Assembly: GCA_951406725.2 (NCBI GenBank)
Contig: OX597832.1
Coordinates: forward strand, 5,704,001-5,768,000
Origin: Octopus vulgaris
Lineage: Eukaryota
Length of the DNA stretch: 64,000 bases
Direction: 5' to 3'
The notes under the pieces were generated by a model. It was given only the letters and a program-made list of their open reading frames with translations. It made no database searches and was not told the origin of the DNA. Every line of letters starts with the position of its first letter. Positions within the stretch are counted from its first letter, which is position 1. The position numbers and the translations under genes were made by a program. Shown here piece by piece: positions 26,733 to 39,831 of this stretch.

Positions 26733-27323
26733 TGAAGGTGGTGGTCCAAAAATATATACATAAACATTGAGACAACCATAGTGGTTCGGTCGACTACCTG
26801 CACGTTATGGGACTGCTCGATTAGAACTGACCAACAAACTCAAAAACAGAACAGAAAAATTACAATGATAATTGCTAAACAGAATATACGACAGCGACCT
26901 CAGTAAACAATAAAAATATTAGCAGGAAAGGTTAATAATAAATCAACAGTATTTCATACGCAATTAAAAGAAGAATCACTTCCGTACATGATTTATTTAT
27001 ATTTCTTAAGCTTAATATGACAAGCTGAAATTAATTTCCGGAATGTCTCATCGTCCTGACATTATTCATACCTTAATTTAGAGAAAATACTATCATGGGT
27101 AATATCATAAACATGAAAACAGTCGCTGAAGTGTAAACTATATATAATATAATATGAACTCATCGAAATTAATGTAAAAATATCTTGTTTGACACATGAA
27201 ATTGCGGCTTAAAACGACTTTAAGCAGAATCATTTCCGTAAATTATGTCACTGTGTTCGCAGCTGACGTATAATAAGGATTTCAGAATTAGTTGGATGTA
27301 TTTATATATATATAAATTTATAC

Positions 27324-27374
27324 CTGATAAGCTTCCAGATCATCATGATTCAGAGCGGTTTGTTTGTTACCCAT
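27324..27374 (-). CDS. CIB: CIB-family EF-hand protein, coding exon 1 (MGNKQTALNHDDLEAYQ)
   Basis: ATG at 27374, 51 nt, GT donor at 27323-27322. Myristoylation-type N-terminus MGNKQT as in vertebrate CIB2/CIB3. Seven exons join in frame to 564 nt / 187 aa. Confidence 0.9.
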
Positions 27375-27558
27375 ATTTGCTGTGATTTAAGAATTAGAAC
27401 GAGGACTGTTCAGAAAAGAAACAACAAAACTTGGATTATAAAGTTGCTGTCAATGGCAACATGTCCGTCAGACGAGAGAGAACGAGAATTAGTTCGTTAG
27501 CAGACGATTACTTGCCCCCTTACCTCTCTCTCTCTATATATATATTTTTCTCTCTCTG

Positions 27559-27609
<51 letters not shown>

Positions 27610-29387
27610 TCTCTTTGTTTTTTTTCTCCTCCCTTTTTCTAAATCTCTCTTTGTTTCTACCTTACTCCATTTATTTGGGGTGTGTATCTGATGTGTGTAT
27701 GCACGCACACACATATGTATGAACTTTCTTTAAGTTTTAATAAAGTTCTTAAAGAGAGTCCGTCCAAGCTAGTTGCTAAGTGGCAAGACCCGGTGTTTGT
27801 AAATATGTAGAGTTGGAGTGTGGGTTGAACTGTCGATGCATATACCCAAGTGTGTGCATCTATTCAACTTTATATCTAAATTTTTGGAAAGTCTTACAAG
27901 TCTTCACTGTGCCACTTATGAATTGAATCTGGAGAATCCACATCAGTTTCTTTCCGTCTTTTCTGTTATTTTTTTATTCTTTTACTTGTTTCAGTCATTT
28001 GACCATGGCCATGGTGGAGCACTGTCTTAACGGGGTTTAGTCAAAGAAATCAACCTCCGGACTTATTCTTTTGTAAGCCTAGTACTTATTCTATTGGTCT
28101 CTTTTGCCAAACCGTTAAGTTACAGTTACAGGGACATAAACATGTCAACATTGGTTGTCAAGCGATGGTGGGGGGACAGACACAGACACAAAGACACACA
28201 CACATATGTTTCCAACGAAGAGCTCCGCTCGAAACATTAAACCCTCCTTCTTTCCTTCTTTCCTGAGTGTCCAATAATACTATATTTGTCCACGTCCTCG
28301 TGTTGTTGTGTTTTTTTGTGCTTTCTTGTTTAGATTAACTTTATATATATATATATACATACAATGGGTTTCTTTCAGTTTCCACCTACCAAATCTACTT
28401 GTAAGGTTTTGATCAGCCCAAGGCTATAGTAGAAGACACTTGCCCAAGGTGCCATGCAGTGGGAATGAACCTGGAACCATGTGGTTGGGAAGTAAGCTTC
28501 TTACCACACAGCCACATGTATGTATATATGCATGCATCTGTGCTTGTATGTATGTAAGTATGTGTGTGTGTGTGCGTATACACATGTATATCAGTTGATG
28601 CAACAGTGCAAAATGCTGATGGATTACTTGCAATGTAACGGTTTCAAGCAGGTAGGGAGAAAATAATTGCAGCGTGGAAGGTGTTTGTAAGCCATTTAAG
28701 AAACACACAAAAGCCATTCGATTCACTTCAACATTTAAGTTTAATATGTCAAAATATTTTCGGATTTTTGGCAGTGAACAGGTCGCCGTCTTATAGCGAC
28801 GAAAATATTTTGACAAATTAAACTTAGATGTTCAAGGAAGAAAAAAAGAAATCAGAAATTAATCATTGTACCCCACTTACACATTTTGCCTCATCCCCTC
28901 TTAAATAAAGTAGAAGTATACAAAAAAATAAACATTATTTTCTCTCTTACTGTTAGTTTTGATTCATTTTGAAAACAAATATATATTTTATGGTTTATTA
29001 TTATTTATACTTTAAATTACATATACATGGGTGGGGGGCACCAAAATCATTTAAGTGCTTAGGGCTTCTATGGGTCTTAATCAAACCCTGATGTATATAT
29101 GTGTGTATATGCAGTGTTAGGTGTGATGTACAGAAATTGAATATTGAGAAAAAAGGTCGTCAGAATTTTGGAAAAAATCTTTTTATTTTTTCATTATCAT
29201 TAGCACTTTCATTCATTTCTCAAACTCGTCAAATAAAATTTTGTGAATGTACAAATAGCTAGTTCATTTATATAAAACAGATTTTTGGAAGGGGTTTTGT
29301 TTAGAAGAGAGCATTGTTTTTATTTTTTGGGTGAGGTTCCATGACAATGGAGAAGGATAGATAGAAATATAGGTAGGTAGATAGGCT

Positions 29388-29431
<44 letters not shown>

Positions 29432-29604
29432 CATACATACATACATACATACATACATACATACATACATACATACATACATACATACAAATTGGTGATC
29501 CTGTCTAAAAAGAACCCGCTGACCCAACAAAAAGGAATTACTGCCTTCTTTTTATTAAATATATGCACTTTCCAGAGTAAGAGGCTCCTGCATCCTCCTC
29601 TTCC

Positions 29605-30453
29605 ATGGACATAGCACTACCTCAGGCTGCAATTTCAATAAAGCTACCATCCTTCTGGTCTTTCGATCTGGCCCTCTGGTTCACCCATGTCGAGGCTCTG
29701 TTTGCTGTAAATAGAATAGCAAGTGATGCAGTAAAATCAATGCACTTGATCAGTGCCCTTTCACCTGAAATAATGATGGAGGTCAGGGACTTGATTATGG
29801 CCCCACCAGGTTCCGTGTCTTACGACACTTTTAAAACTGAACTCATAAAAAGGACCTCTGACTCGGAGCAACAGTGACTACACCAGCTTTTAATTTCCAA
29901 AGAGTTGGGTGACAAAACTCTGTCATAACTATTATGTCGGATGAAACAAGTGCTAGGAGATCACACCTTGCCAGACGGGATATTCAAACAAATATTCCTG
30001 AAACATCTGCCTGCCAACACACAAGTGATACTGGCATCTACTAAAGAATCGGATTCTGTCAACGAACTGGCTGAAATAGCATATCAAATTGCTGAGGCAG
30101 CTAACCCCTTCTCAACGACGGCTCTGATATCTTTCACCAATCCTTTTGCTACTTCTTTGGATTCCCCCGAACTGCTGGAGCTACACACACTCCTGACTCA
30201 ACAGGCCATGCAGATACAGACACTCTCAGCACAACTAGAAGGGCTGACATGTCACAGCCACTCACCACACATCTACAACCATCCCCGGCGCTTTAATAGA
30301 CAGTGTTCAAGGAGCCCTAGCATCACTTGGCAATTTCCTCGGTTTCGCTTTTTCCACAGGAAATACGGCAAACATGTGCATTCCTGCAAGCCATCCTGTT
30401 CATTCAACATTCATACCCCTGCTAACCTGGAAAACAACCAAGCCAGGTTTTAG
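29605..30453 (+). pseudogene. Ty3/gypsy gag relic
   Basis: IKLPSFW..LWFTHVEALF..YDTFKTELIKR..ELGDK..RMKQ, then an HRKYG..CKPSC knuckle; in-frame stops near 29875-29930. PBS-like TGGTGATCCTG at 29493. No pol follows. Confidence 0.85.
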
Positions 30454-31326
30454 GGGTGATGGGTGCTCCTGGTGCAGGTAAACAAAGCTTTGAGATCTCA
30501 TCCAAGGCAGAAAGACTTAGCCTAACATTTGCAATGAAAGAAATCAAAGTATTTGAGCATCATCGATGCCATCAACAATTGGCAAAACAATAACATTGGC
30601 ATGGATCCCAAAATCAAACAACACAACCAAGAGATTTTCCTTGCCCTACATGAAGCAGAATTTGTGGATTCAGAATTGGACTGAGCAGATATCTTTCAGC
30701 TCACCAAAGAAGACAATAGTGTCATCAAACTTGATAGGTACACACACACACACGTGTACACACACACACACACACACACACATACAATAGGCTACTTTCA
30801 CACCCCCTCTACAAAAACTACTCACAAGGTTTTTGGTTAACCTAGCACTGTAGAAGATAACTGCTTTAGGTATCACATGGTGGAACAGAATGAGAAATAT
30901 ATGTATACGTTTATACATGTGTGTGTGAATATATATATATAAATGTGCATTTTTTCAATGTTTACAAATAACATGGAAAAAATAAATAAATAGTTACCAG
31001 AGTAGCAACAATTCACACAAGTACCAAGGATGAAACAGCCTACTTATAAAGGTAGACATTCAGGTTTTGGTGAAATGTTTTCATATGATATAAATAAATA
31101 AATAAATGGAGTTAAACGCAGGTGTTAATAAAATCTTTTTACTTCCAACATATGTTTCAAAGAAAACGTTGGTATTATTCCAGAATGAATAAAATGATGC
31201 AATCTTCTCATGAGGAAAAGAAAGAAACCAAACATTTCAGTAAGACATTTTAGCAGAATGTGATGACTGCTTATATGTTGAAGGGAACGCTAGCAAGTTT
31301 AAAAAAAAAAAATATTAATAGATATA

Positions 31327-31727
31327 GGTGTAGGAGTGGCTGTGTGGTAAGTAGCTTGCTTATCAACCACATGGTTCTAGGTTCAGTCTCACTGCGTGTC
31401 ACCTTGGGCAAGTGTCTTCTATTATAACCTCGGGCTGACCAAAGCCTCGTAAGTTGATTTGGTAGATGGAAACTGAAAGAAGCCCAGCGTATATATATAT
31501 GTATGTATGTATGTGTGTGTGTATGTTTCTGTGTCTGTGCTTATTCCCCCAACATCGCTTGACAACTAATGCTAGTGTGTTTACGTCCCTGTAACTTAGC
31601 AGTTCGGCAAAAGAGACCAATAGAATAAGTACTAGGCTTACAAAGAATAAGTCCTGGGGTTGATTTGCTCGACTAAAGGCGGTGTTCTAGCATGGCCATG
31701 GTCAAATGACTGAAACAAGTAAAGAGA
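31327..31727 (+). mobile_element. tRNA-derived SINE family A, full-length copy
   Basis: Head GGAGTGGCTGTGTGGTAAG..GGTTCAGTC, internal microsatellite, tail ATGACTGAAACAAGTAAAGAG. More than 15 full or partial copies, e.g. 16968-17365, 27975-28520, 40221-40950, 42575-42968, 56673-57093, 60965-61130. Confidence 0.85.
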
Positions 31728-31939
31728 GATATAATGTCAGGCAGTTTATAGAAAGAGAAGGAGGAGAAAGAAAGAAATTAGTAGAAATTAGTAGAGAGAT
31801 ATAGAGCGATAGGTGAATAGGAATAAAGCTTAAAGGCTTGGAAGTAGATATATTTAGTGGAAGTGAAATATAAGAAGACAGTTAAAGGTTGAATTTTATA
31901 GAATGGTAGAAATCACTTATAGGAAATAAAGGTATGTTT

Positions 31940-32157
31940 TTGCCAATGTTTGCAATGACAAACGTGTTCTTTAAATGTGTTTACAAGAGGATTCTCTGAG
32001 AACGGTATGAAATACATTTCATCATTACAAAGCAGACAGAAAGATTTACCTTTATCATACGGAAATGATTTAGATAGAATATTCCATTCCAAATCAAATT
32101 ATTTATTATGATCCTTTAGATATCAAATTAATTTACTAAGCCCAGTATTGTTATGTT

Positions 32158-32158
<1 letters not shown>
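31940..32158 (-). pseudogene. Penelope-like element GIY-YIG C-terminal fragment (Naiad-like pattern)
   Basis: Minus strand reads TGLSKLI*YLKD..LEWNILSKSFPY..CLLCNDEMYFI..VN..CKH. A hammerhead relic lies downstream at 31142-31218. Confidence 0.65.
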
Positions 32159-32201
<43 letters not shown>

Positions 32202-32441
32202 AATTAAATACTCAACAAAAAGAACTACTAATAATTTCATGCTATTATGATATTTGAACAGGTATATCTAGAAAATATTCCATGAATCTATGCACACACA
32301 CATATACAAGGGTGAGTCAGAATGTAATACAAATAAAAACTGAATTACTTTCTGACTCGCTTTCTTATCTAATATTCAGGGGATTTAAACGCAAGTGCTT
32401 TTTAAATACAAAGAATACAAAGATGAACTATATATATATGA

Positions 32442-32480
<39 letters not shown>

Positions 32481-32513
32481 TAAGAAAGTTGGTTTGTGAA
32501 AGTACGTGGGTGA

Positions 32514-32795
32514 ATATATAGAAAAAAGTAAAGAGTGAAAAAACTGCAGAAGGCTTAAATGTTAAAAAATATATATATTTGCGTCAATATGTCTGAAGAA
32601 TATTAGAAAATTAAAAAAAAAATTTTTTTCTCTTATAATGACATAATTTAAAAGAAAGAAATTTCTTTTAAATTATGTCATTATAAGAGAAAAAAATTTT
32701 TTTTTTAATTTTCTAATATTCTTCAGACATATTGACGCAAATATATATATTTTTTAACATTTAAGCCTTCTGTAGTTTTTTCACTCTTTACTTTT

Positions 32796-32805
<10 letters not shown>
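32514..32805. repeat. Near-perfect palindrome (~140-bp arms)
   Basis: Arms are reverse complements with one visible mismatch; 4-nt loop GAAA at 32658-32661. Confidence 0.95.
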
Positions 32806-32847
<42 letters not shown>

Positions 32848-33042
32848 TTAGGAAGGGCATCCAACTGTAAAAGCCCTGCCAAAACAGACACAGAAGTCTG
32901 AAGCAGGCTCCTGCAAACCGTCCAGCCACGCCAGCACACAAGGTGAATGTTAAACAATGATGATCGTGATGATTATTGATGTATATATATAAATATATAT
33001 ATATGTATATGTATACATACACACACATATATATACATATAA

Positions 33043-33094
<52 letters not shown>

Positions 33095-34194
33095 TTATAT
33101 GTATCTCTCTACATGCCACCCTAAAAACATCGCCATTCCCGCCCGTTTCTCTAAAGTTCAACCTTCGCATATTCCCGGTGCACCCGCCCTTGCCCACCCC
33201 CACCACCAATACCGGATATCTCTATATTTTTTTCCATCTATACCGGATGTCGCTTCTCCCACCACCATTATAGGTGTCTACTCTTCGAACCCCCTCTTCA
33301 GCACGCTATTTCACCATGCATTACCCCTCTCTTGATATCCTACGTTCTACTTGCCTAGAACCTGTCATCATTTCTCTGAACCACCCCTCCCCACTGGTGC
33401 TCCCCTATATATTTCTATACCCCCCCCACATAAAAAGCACCATCTGAACGTGGCCGATGCCAGACCCCTCTGGCACCTGTGCAGGTGGCACGTAAAAAAC
33501 ACCCACTACACTCGCGGAGTGGTTGGCGTTAGGAAGGGCATCCAGCTGTAGAAACACTGCCAGACTAGACTGGAGCCTGGGGCAGTCCCGAGCTCCCCAG
33601 ACCCCGGTCGAAACCGTCCAACCCGTGCTAGCGCGGAAAACGGACGTTAAACGATGATGATGATGATGATGATGATATATGTGTGTGTATGTATACATAT
33701 ACATATATATATATTTATATATATACATCAATAATCATCACGATCATCATTGTTTAACATTCACCTTGTGTGCTGGCGTGGCTGGATGGTTTGCAGGAGC
33801 CTGCATCAGACTTCTGTGTCTGTTTTGGCAGGGCTTTTACAGTTGGATGCCCTTCCTAAAACTATCCATCCAGCAGAGTAGACTGACTGCTTTTTATGTG
33901 GCACAAAACACAAGCAAATTCAGTTTTGCATGGTTTTTACAGCTGTATGCCCTTCCGAATGCCAACCACTTTACAGTGTGGACTAGATGCTTTTTAAGTG
34001 GCACCAACACTGGCAGGATCATCAAGTAACTTACAAGACAAAGATCCTTTGAGAGGGGAGGGGGCATTGGAAATGGGGTTTTTGTGTGAACTGATGAAGG
34101 GTTATAGTGAGACAGAGAAATGGAAACAGATGTCTAGCTGTTGGAGAGGTACATGGTTACCCAGCCAGAGAGACACAGAAAGAAAGCAATAGAG

Positions 34195-34272
<78 letters not shown>

Positions 34273-34452
34273 GTGAGCAGAAACAGGTGTGCTGCTGTAA
34301 AGGAGATACATGGTTACCCAACCTGAGAGAAGAGCAGAAAAAGGGGAGAGAGAGTGGGAGACAGCAAGAGTGTAAGAGAGACCAAGAGAGAGATGGTGGC
34401 AAGTACTAGAGCATACCGTTGAGGTATGGATAACATACCCTTTAGCTATATA

Positions 34453-34971
34453 CAGGGTTATTCAAAATGAATGAACTGATTTCATTACAATATTTTCATA
34501 AGAAAAAGCAATAGAAAACTCCAGCTAAGTTAAAAGTATTTACTGACAATCAACTTTTATTTCCTGTCTTACAAGTGTCCAATGTGGCCACCACCTGCTG
34601 CACAGGCATCATCAATGTGATAAGAGAATTCCTCCCAGATGCCTATCAGCATATCATGATCCATTGAGTTGATCTCTGTTGCTATTCGATGTTTAAGGTT
34701 ATTAAAGTTAGTGGGAAGCAGTGGAACATAAAGATGATCTTTTACATATCTCCACAACAAAAAATCACATTCAGTGAAGTTTGGGGATCTCACAGGCCAA
34801 GTAGATATGCGCCTTGGAAGAATTCTCTCATTGCATTGATGGTGCCTGTGCTGAAGCTGGTGGCCTCATTGAACACTTGTAAGACAGGTTGACTTAGCTG
34901 GAGTTTTCTTTTGAATTTTCTTACTAAAATATTGCATAATGAAATCGCTTCATTCTTTTTGAATAACCCTG
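34453..34971 (-). mobile_element. Non-autonomous Tc1/mariner-superfamily element with long inverted ends
   Basis: TA|CAGGGTTATTCAAAA ... TTTTGAATAACCCTG|TA. Transposase C-terminus RSPNFTECDFLLWRYVKD..GGGHIGHL. Confidence 0.85.
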
Positions 34972-37324
34972 TATATTTATATACATATACACACATAAGT
35001 GTATGCATGTGTGTGTGTGTGTGGGCGCACATATTCTTTTGCTTTCCTTTTAACATTGGCACAAGGCAAAAAATTATTTAAGATCAAAATCTATCATCTA
35101 AGATAAGAAAGAAACACTCACACACATATTGTATATAACTAAAAAGAATTCAAATATCCCATGCTTTTAGTGTGTCAATCAGTTAGAATTAGCAGGATCG
35201 AGTGTTTGTGAATACAATTATTTTTCAAAATACACTACAAATGCATGCTGAAGGCAATAAACTAGCATAAGTGCTTGATACACAAGTTTTAGAGTGATAT
35301 AACTTAATATATGTATACTATCTGAAAAGAAAACATAATTCCCAGTATATACAGATTAGAATAAAATATATATCAAATACTGAGATACACAACATGCTTA
35401 TTGAAATAGCTTTATAGAAATTAAATAGGGTCATCTTTCACTCTGTGTAGGTGACAGAGGGATTAACATCATCCTTAGTGTAAAAGCATTCGTCTGAACA
35501 AAGACAAAAGTTTGTAATTAATTGAAATTAATTATAATTACATCTATAGCAATAAGCAATAATTAGCTTAATGAATTAAGGGACATAACTTCTAAATTCT
35601 TAAATCAAAAATTAAGGCTGGTTTTTTGGCAGTATAGAAATAAGTTCTGTCATGTTTGGGCCTTCTTAGATGATCTCTTACATATATTTCCTTAAAGGAA
35701 AGCATTACTTGTTGATACTACCCTAATTTCAAGCATGTAGACTTACAAAAAAATTGTGTATATTATTGCAAATACAGTTCTGATTTCAAGTTCTCATGCC
35801 ATTGTTTAGTCATTCCCTCAAAAATCTATAATCATCTTTCTCTGGTAGGACAAGTAAAAATATTAAAATAATATAAAGTATACTTTCCTGAGGAGGTCTA
35901 AAAAGACAGAAACATGTCTGAAGTTGTCACTCTTGTGTCAATGTCAAGCTCACTTCTCATTGGTTTGCCTACAATTAATTTGTTAATAAAATTTAATTAA
36001 AATTCAGTATTAACCAGAATCAATCATTAAGCTGACGATATTCTTTCCTCTCCATGGGTGTGATTTTAATTAATCAAAATTTCTTGATTCACTACTTTAA
36101 ATATGTTATCCAACATTACTGTTTGGTTTTTATGCAGAACATGCTCTTGGGAATTAGAACACTTTTGCATAATAGCAACAACAACAGCGATTCCAGCGCT
36201 GCCTTGACTGGCTTCTGTGCCAGTGGCACGTAAAAAGCAGCAATCTGATTGTGGCCGTTGCCAGCCTTGCCTGGCACCTGTGCTGGTGGCATGAAAAAAA
36301 GCACCCACTACACTCACAGAGTGGTTGGTGTTAGGAAGGGCATCCAGCTGTGGAAACACTGCCAGGTCAGAATGGAAGCTGATGCAGCCTCCTGGCTTCC
36401 CAGACCCCGGTGGAACCGTCCAACCCATACTTCAATTTAAATTAATTTAATTTAATTTAATTTTTTGCATCTATAAATTTTCTTCTACATTCTTAAAAGT
36501 GTATAGGAATAAAATAAGTTGTAGAAAATAAATAAGTTAGCTCTTACAGGATTTGAAACCATGGAGGTTCAATTTAAATTCATTTAATTTAATTTAATCT
36601 AATACACCCATTTTTAAAAAATTTTTTACTGCTTTATTTTTTTACTGCCTTATTTTTCTACTGCTTTATAAAATTTTTTTTTACTGCTTTAATTCTTTCT
36701 TTTGGGCTCGTCTGAGCATGACTTCTTCAATAAGAAAGCACACAATATTGTGTTAGCCTGGTACGCGATGATGTCTGTCTCTCTATTTTTTTCCCCTGAC
36801 AAAGGAGTTATTATTGTGATGCACCCTAGTGCTTTAAACACAATAATATACTCCTGAAATGGCCATAGGGAATGTAAATATGGTTTCCTCTTTTTTAACT
36901 ATAAGGCCTCTCTTACTTGAAAAGTAATTCTATAAGATTTTCTAAACAATGAATTTTTATTTTATTTTACATTATATATATTATATATTCTTTATATGCT
37001 TCCCATATATATATATATATTTATATATTTTTATATACCTATATATTTATATATTACTTTATACTATATTCTTACGTATTTACCTTCGAGGTGTTGCAAT
37101 GTTTTTTTAAAAAATATATTTTTCTTAATCGCTAAAGTATTAACTTTTAACCGTGATGAACTGTATTCACACATTTTTTCTCGCACTTTTTTATATGCTT
37201 GTACAGATGAGTTATGTTCCATCTTCCGTGATGTTTAAATGTATATTCTATGATTAAATGTTCAAGTTATGAAATGTTATGTGGATGACCTTGCATTTGT
37301 TTGTTCTATAACCTTAATTTGATA

Positions 37325-37367
<43 letters not shown>

Positions 37368-37376
37368 GTATATATA

Positions 37377-37457
<81 letters not shown>

Positions 37458-37469
37458 GTATGTATGTAT

Positions 37470-37695
37470 ATCAAAGAATATCTAAACATATGAGCCTCTT
37501 CCTTCAGAAAACATCTAGACAAATGCCAGAGCACCGAAAAAACATAACAGTCACAACTGAGGCCAATGAAAGAAATTTAGGAAATTTAAGAATTAAGGAG
37601 GCTATCCTTATAGACAGACTAGGGCTCCAAATTAACAACAGGTTGGAAATTAGCAATTACTATATTATTAAACTACATCAACACCTTGCCTGTCG

Positions 37696-37700
<5 letters not shown>
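37470..37700 (+). pseudogene. Penelope-like GIY-YIG C-terminal fragment
   Basis: [22 protein letters not shown] matches the KEAILI..IN motif of PLE endonucleases; flanked by (TA)n. Confidence 0.6.
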
Positions 37701-37773
<73 letters not shown>

Positions 37774-39454
37774 GATATATATATATTTGTGTGTCTGTGT
37801 TTGTCCCCCCGCCATCACTTGACAACTGATGTTGGTGTTTACGTCTCCGTAACTTAGCATTTCAGCAACAGAATAAGTACTAGGCTTACAAAGAATAAGT
37901 CCTGGGGATTGATTTGTTTGACTAATGGTGATGCTCCAGCATGGCCACAGTGAAATGACTGAAACAAGTAAAAGAATAAAAGAAAAAATATATAAAAACA
38001 CACACACACATATATATATACAAAATAGGTGAATAGTATTCTTAAGGCCAACATTTACTTTCATGAACACTTCTAATTCATTTCTTGACCAAATTAAAAG
38101 TGGTCAAGCTGACTGTGAATGACCAGTGCTTCACTGCAGTTTGAGTTATTATAGCAGAAATTTGGTTGTTATGATAAAATATGCGTATTCATAAATGGAA
38201 TAGTAAAGCAATATAGTTTCTTTATGTGAAAGCGCATGGCTCAGTGGTTAGTGTATTCAGCTCCAATCACAAGGTCGTGGGTTCACTTCTCAGCAATGCA
38301 TTGTACCCTTGAACAAGACACCTTATTTTACATTGCTCCAGTCTGCTAAGCCGGCAAAAATAAGTAGTATTCTGTATCATGCTGAATCTCCCTGAGAACT
38401 ACATTAAGGAAACACATATCTGTTGAGTCTCAGCCACTTTCACATTAATTTCACAAGCAGGCTGTTCTGTTCATTGAATCACCTGGAACCCTTGTTGTTG
38501 TAACTGATAAAGTGCCATAGTTTCTTTATATTTTTATTATTTTGGTTCAAATATACTTAATGGAAAGATAAGAGGAATATAAATAATCATATTAAAATCG
38601 GAAAAAAGATTTGTATTCATCATCATCGTTTAATATCCGCTTTTCATGCTACCATGGGTTGGACGATTTGACTGAGAACTGGTGAACCAGATGGCGGCAC
38701 TAAGCTCCAGTCTGATCTGGGAGAGTTTCTACAGTTGGATGCCCTTCTTAACGCCAACCACTCAGGCAGTACTGGCAATGGCCATGTTCAAATGGTGTTT
38801 TTTACGTGCCACCTGCACAGCAGACAGTCCAGTGGCAACGACCTCACTCGAATGTTTTTTCACGTGCCAGTAAGGCGTTGCTGGTAACGATCACGCTCGA
38901 ATGGTGCTTTTTACATGCCACCGGCATGGAAGCCAGTTAGCTGCTCTGGCAACGATCACGCTCAGATGGTGCTCTTAGTGCCCCACTAGCATGGATGCCA
39001 GTTGTATTATTGAGTTCAAATGAATGATTTCAATTAAAGAAATCTGTTTTTGTAAATCTTGTGGAAATTGGTGCAGCAGCAGCGAAAGCAAAAAGTAGTA
39101 AAATTTGGCAAAATGTAGTAAAATTTGAATGTAAGGCCTAGATTTGTCTTCAAGCCATTGTATCTGTTATTTTAGAAAATAAATTAGTATCTTTTATCTT
39201 TTGCCTTTTACTTGTTTTAGTCATTAGAGTGTGGCCATGCTGGGGCACCACCTTGAAGAATTTTAGTTGAATGAATCAACCCCAATACTTATTTTTTTCT
39301 TAACCTGGTGCTTATTCTATCAATCTCTTTGCTGAACTGTTAAGTTACATGGATGTAAACACACTAGTATCGGTTGTCAAGCATTGGTGTGGGACAAACA
39401 CAGACACAAAGACACTCACACACATGCAAGCATGCACGCATGCATGCAGGCACA

Positions 39455-39487
<33 letters not shown>

Positions 39488-39489
<2 letters not shown>

Positions 39490-39831
39490 TTTAAATGATT
39501 AATACAGAAGACAAAGAAGTATTTATTAGCACAACAATCATTTCAGCTTCATTCTGCACTGCTTTCTAGTGGGTGTGGGATGATGTAATGACACCAGATG
39601 CAACGCACAGTGCAAAAGAGCTTCATCAGGTGATGTAAGATACTTCAGAATTTAGAAGATTTACATTTCAATTTCATCATCTGATGAGGCTCTTTTGTGC
39701 CATGCATTGCATCTGGTGCCATTACATTGTCCCATGCCTACTAGAGAACAGTGCAGAATGAAGCCGAAATGATTGTTGTGCTTGTAAATACTTTTAGTTA
39801 CACTCGGTCTTCTGTATTAATCATTTAAAAT
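39488..39831. repeat. Imperfect fold-back element with a hammerhead-like core in each arm
   Basis: ~150-bp arms. CTGATGAGGC..GCCGAAA on + and CTGATGAAGC..GCTGAAA on -. Lies between (CA)n tracts. Confidence 0.85.

Noticed and set aside
27443-27460. RFX X-box-like GTTGC..GGCAAC upstream of the CIB ATG
   Set aside because: The half-site spacing is longer than consensus and the transcription start is unknown.
32120-32130. In-frame TGA in the PLE fragment read as selenocysteine
   Set aside because: It falls at a position that is normally Trp, and a TAA follows in frame; simple decay explains it.
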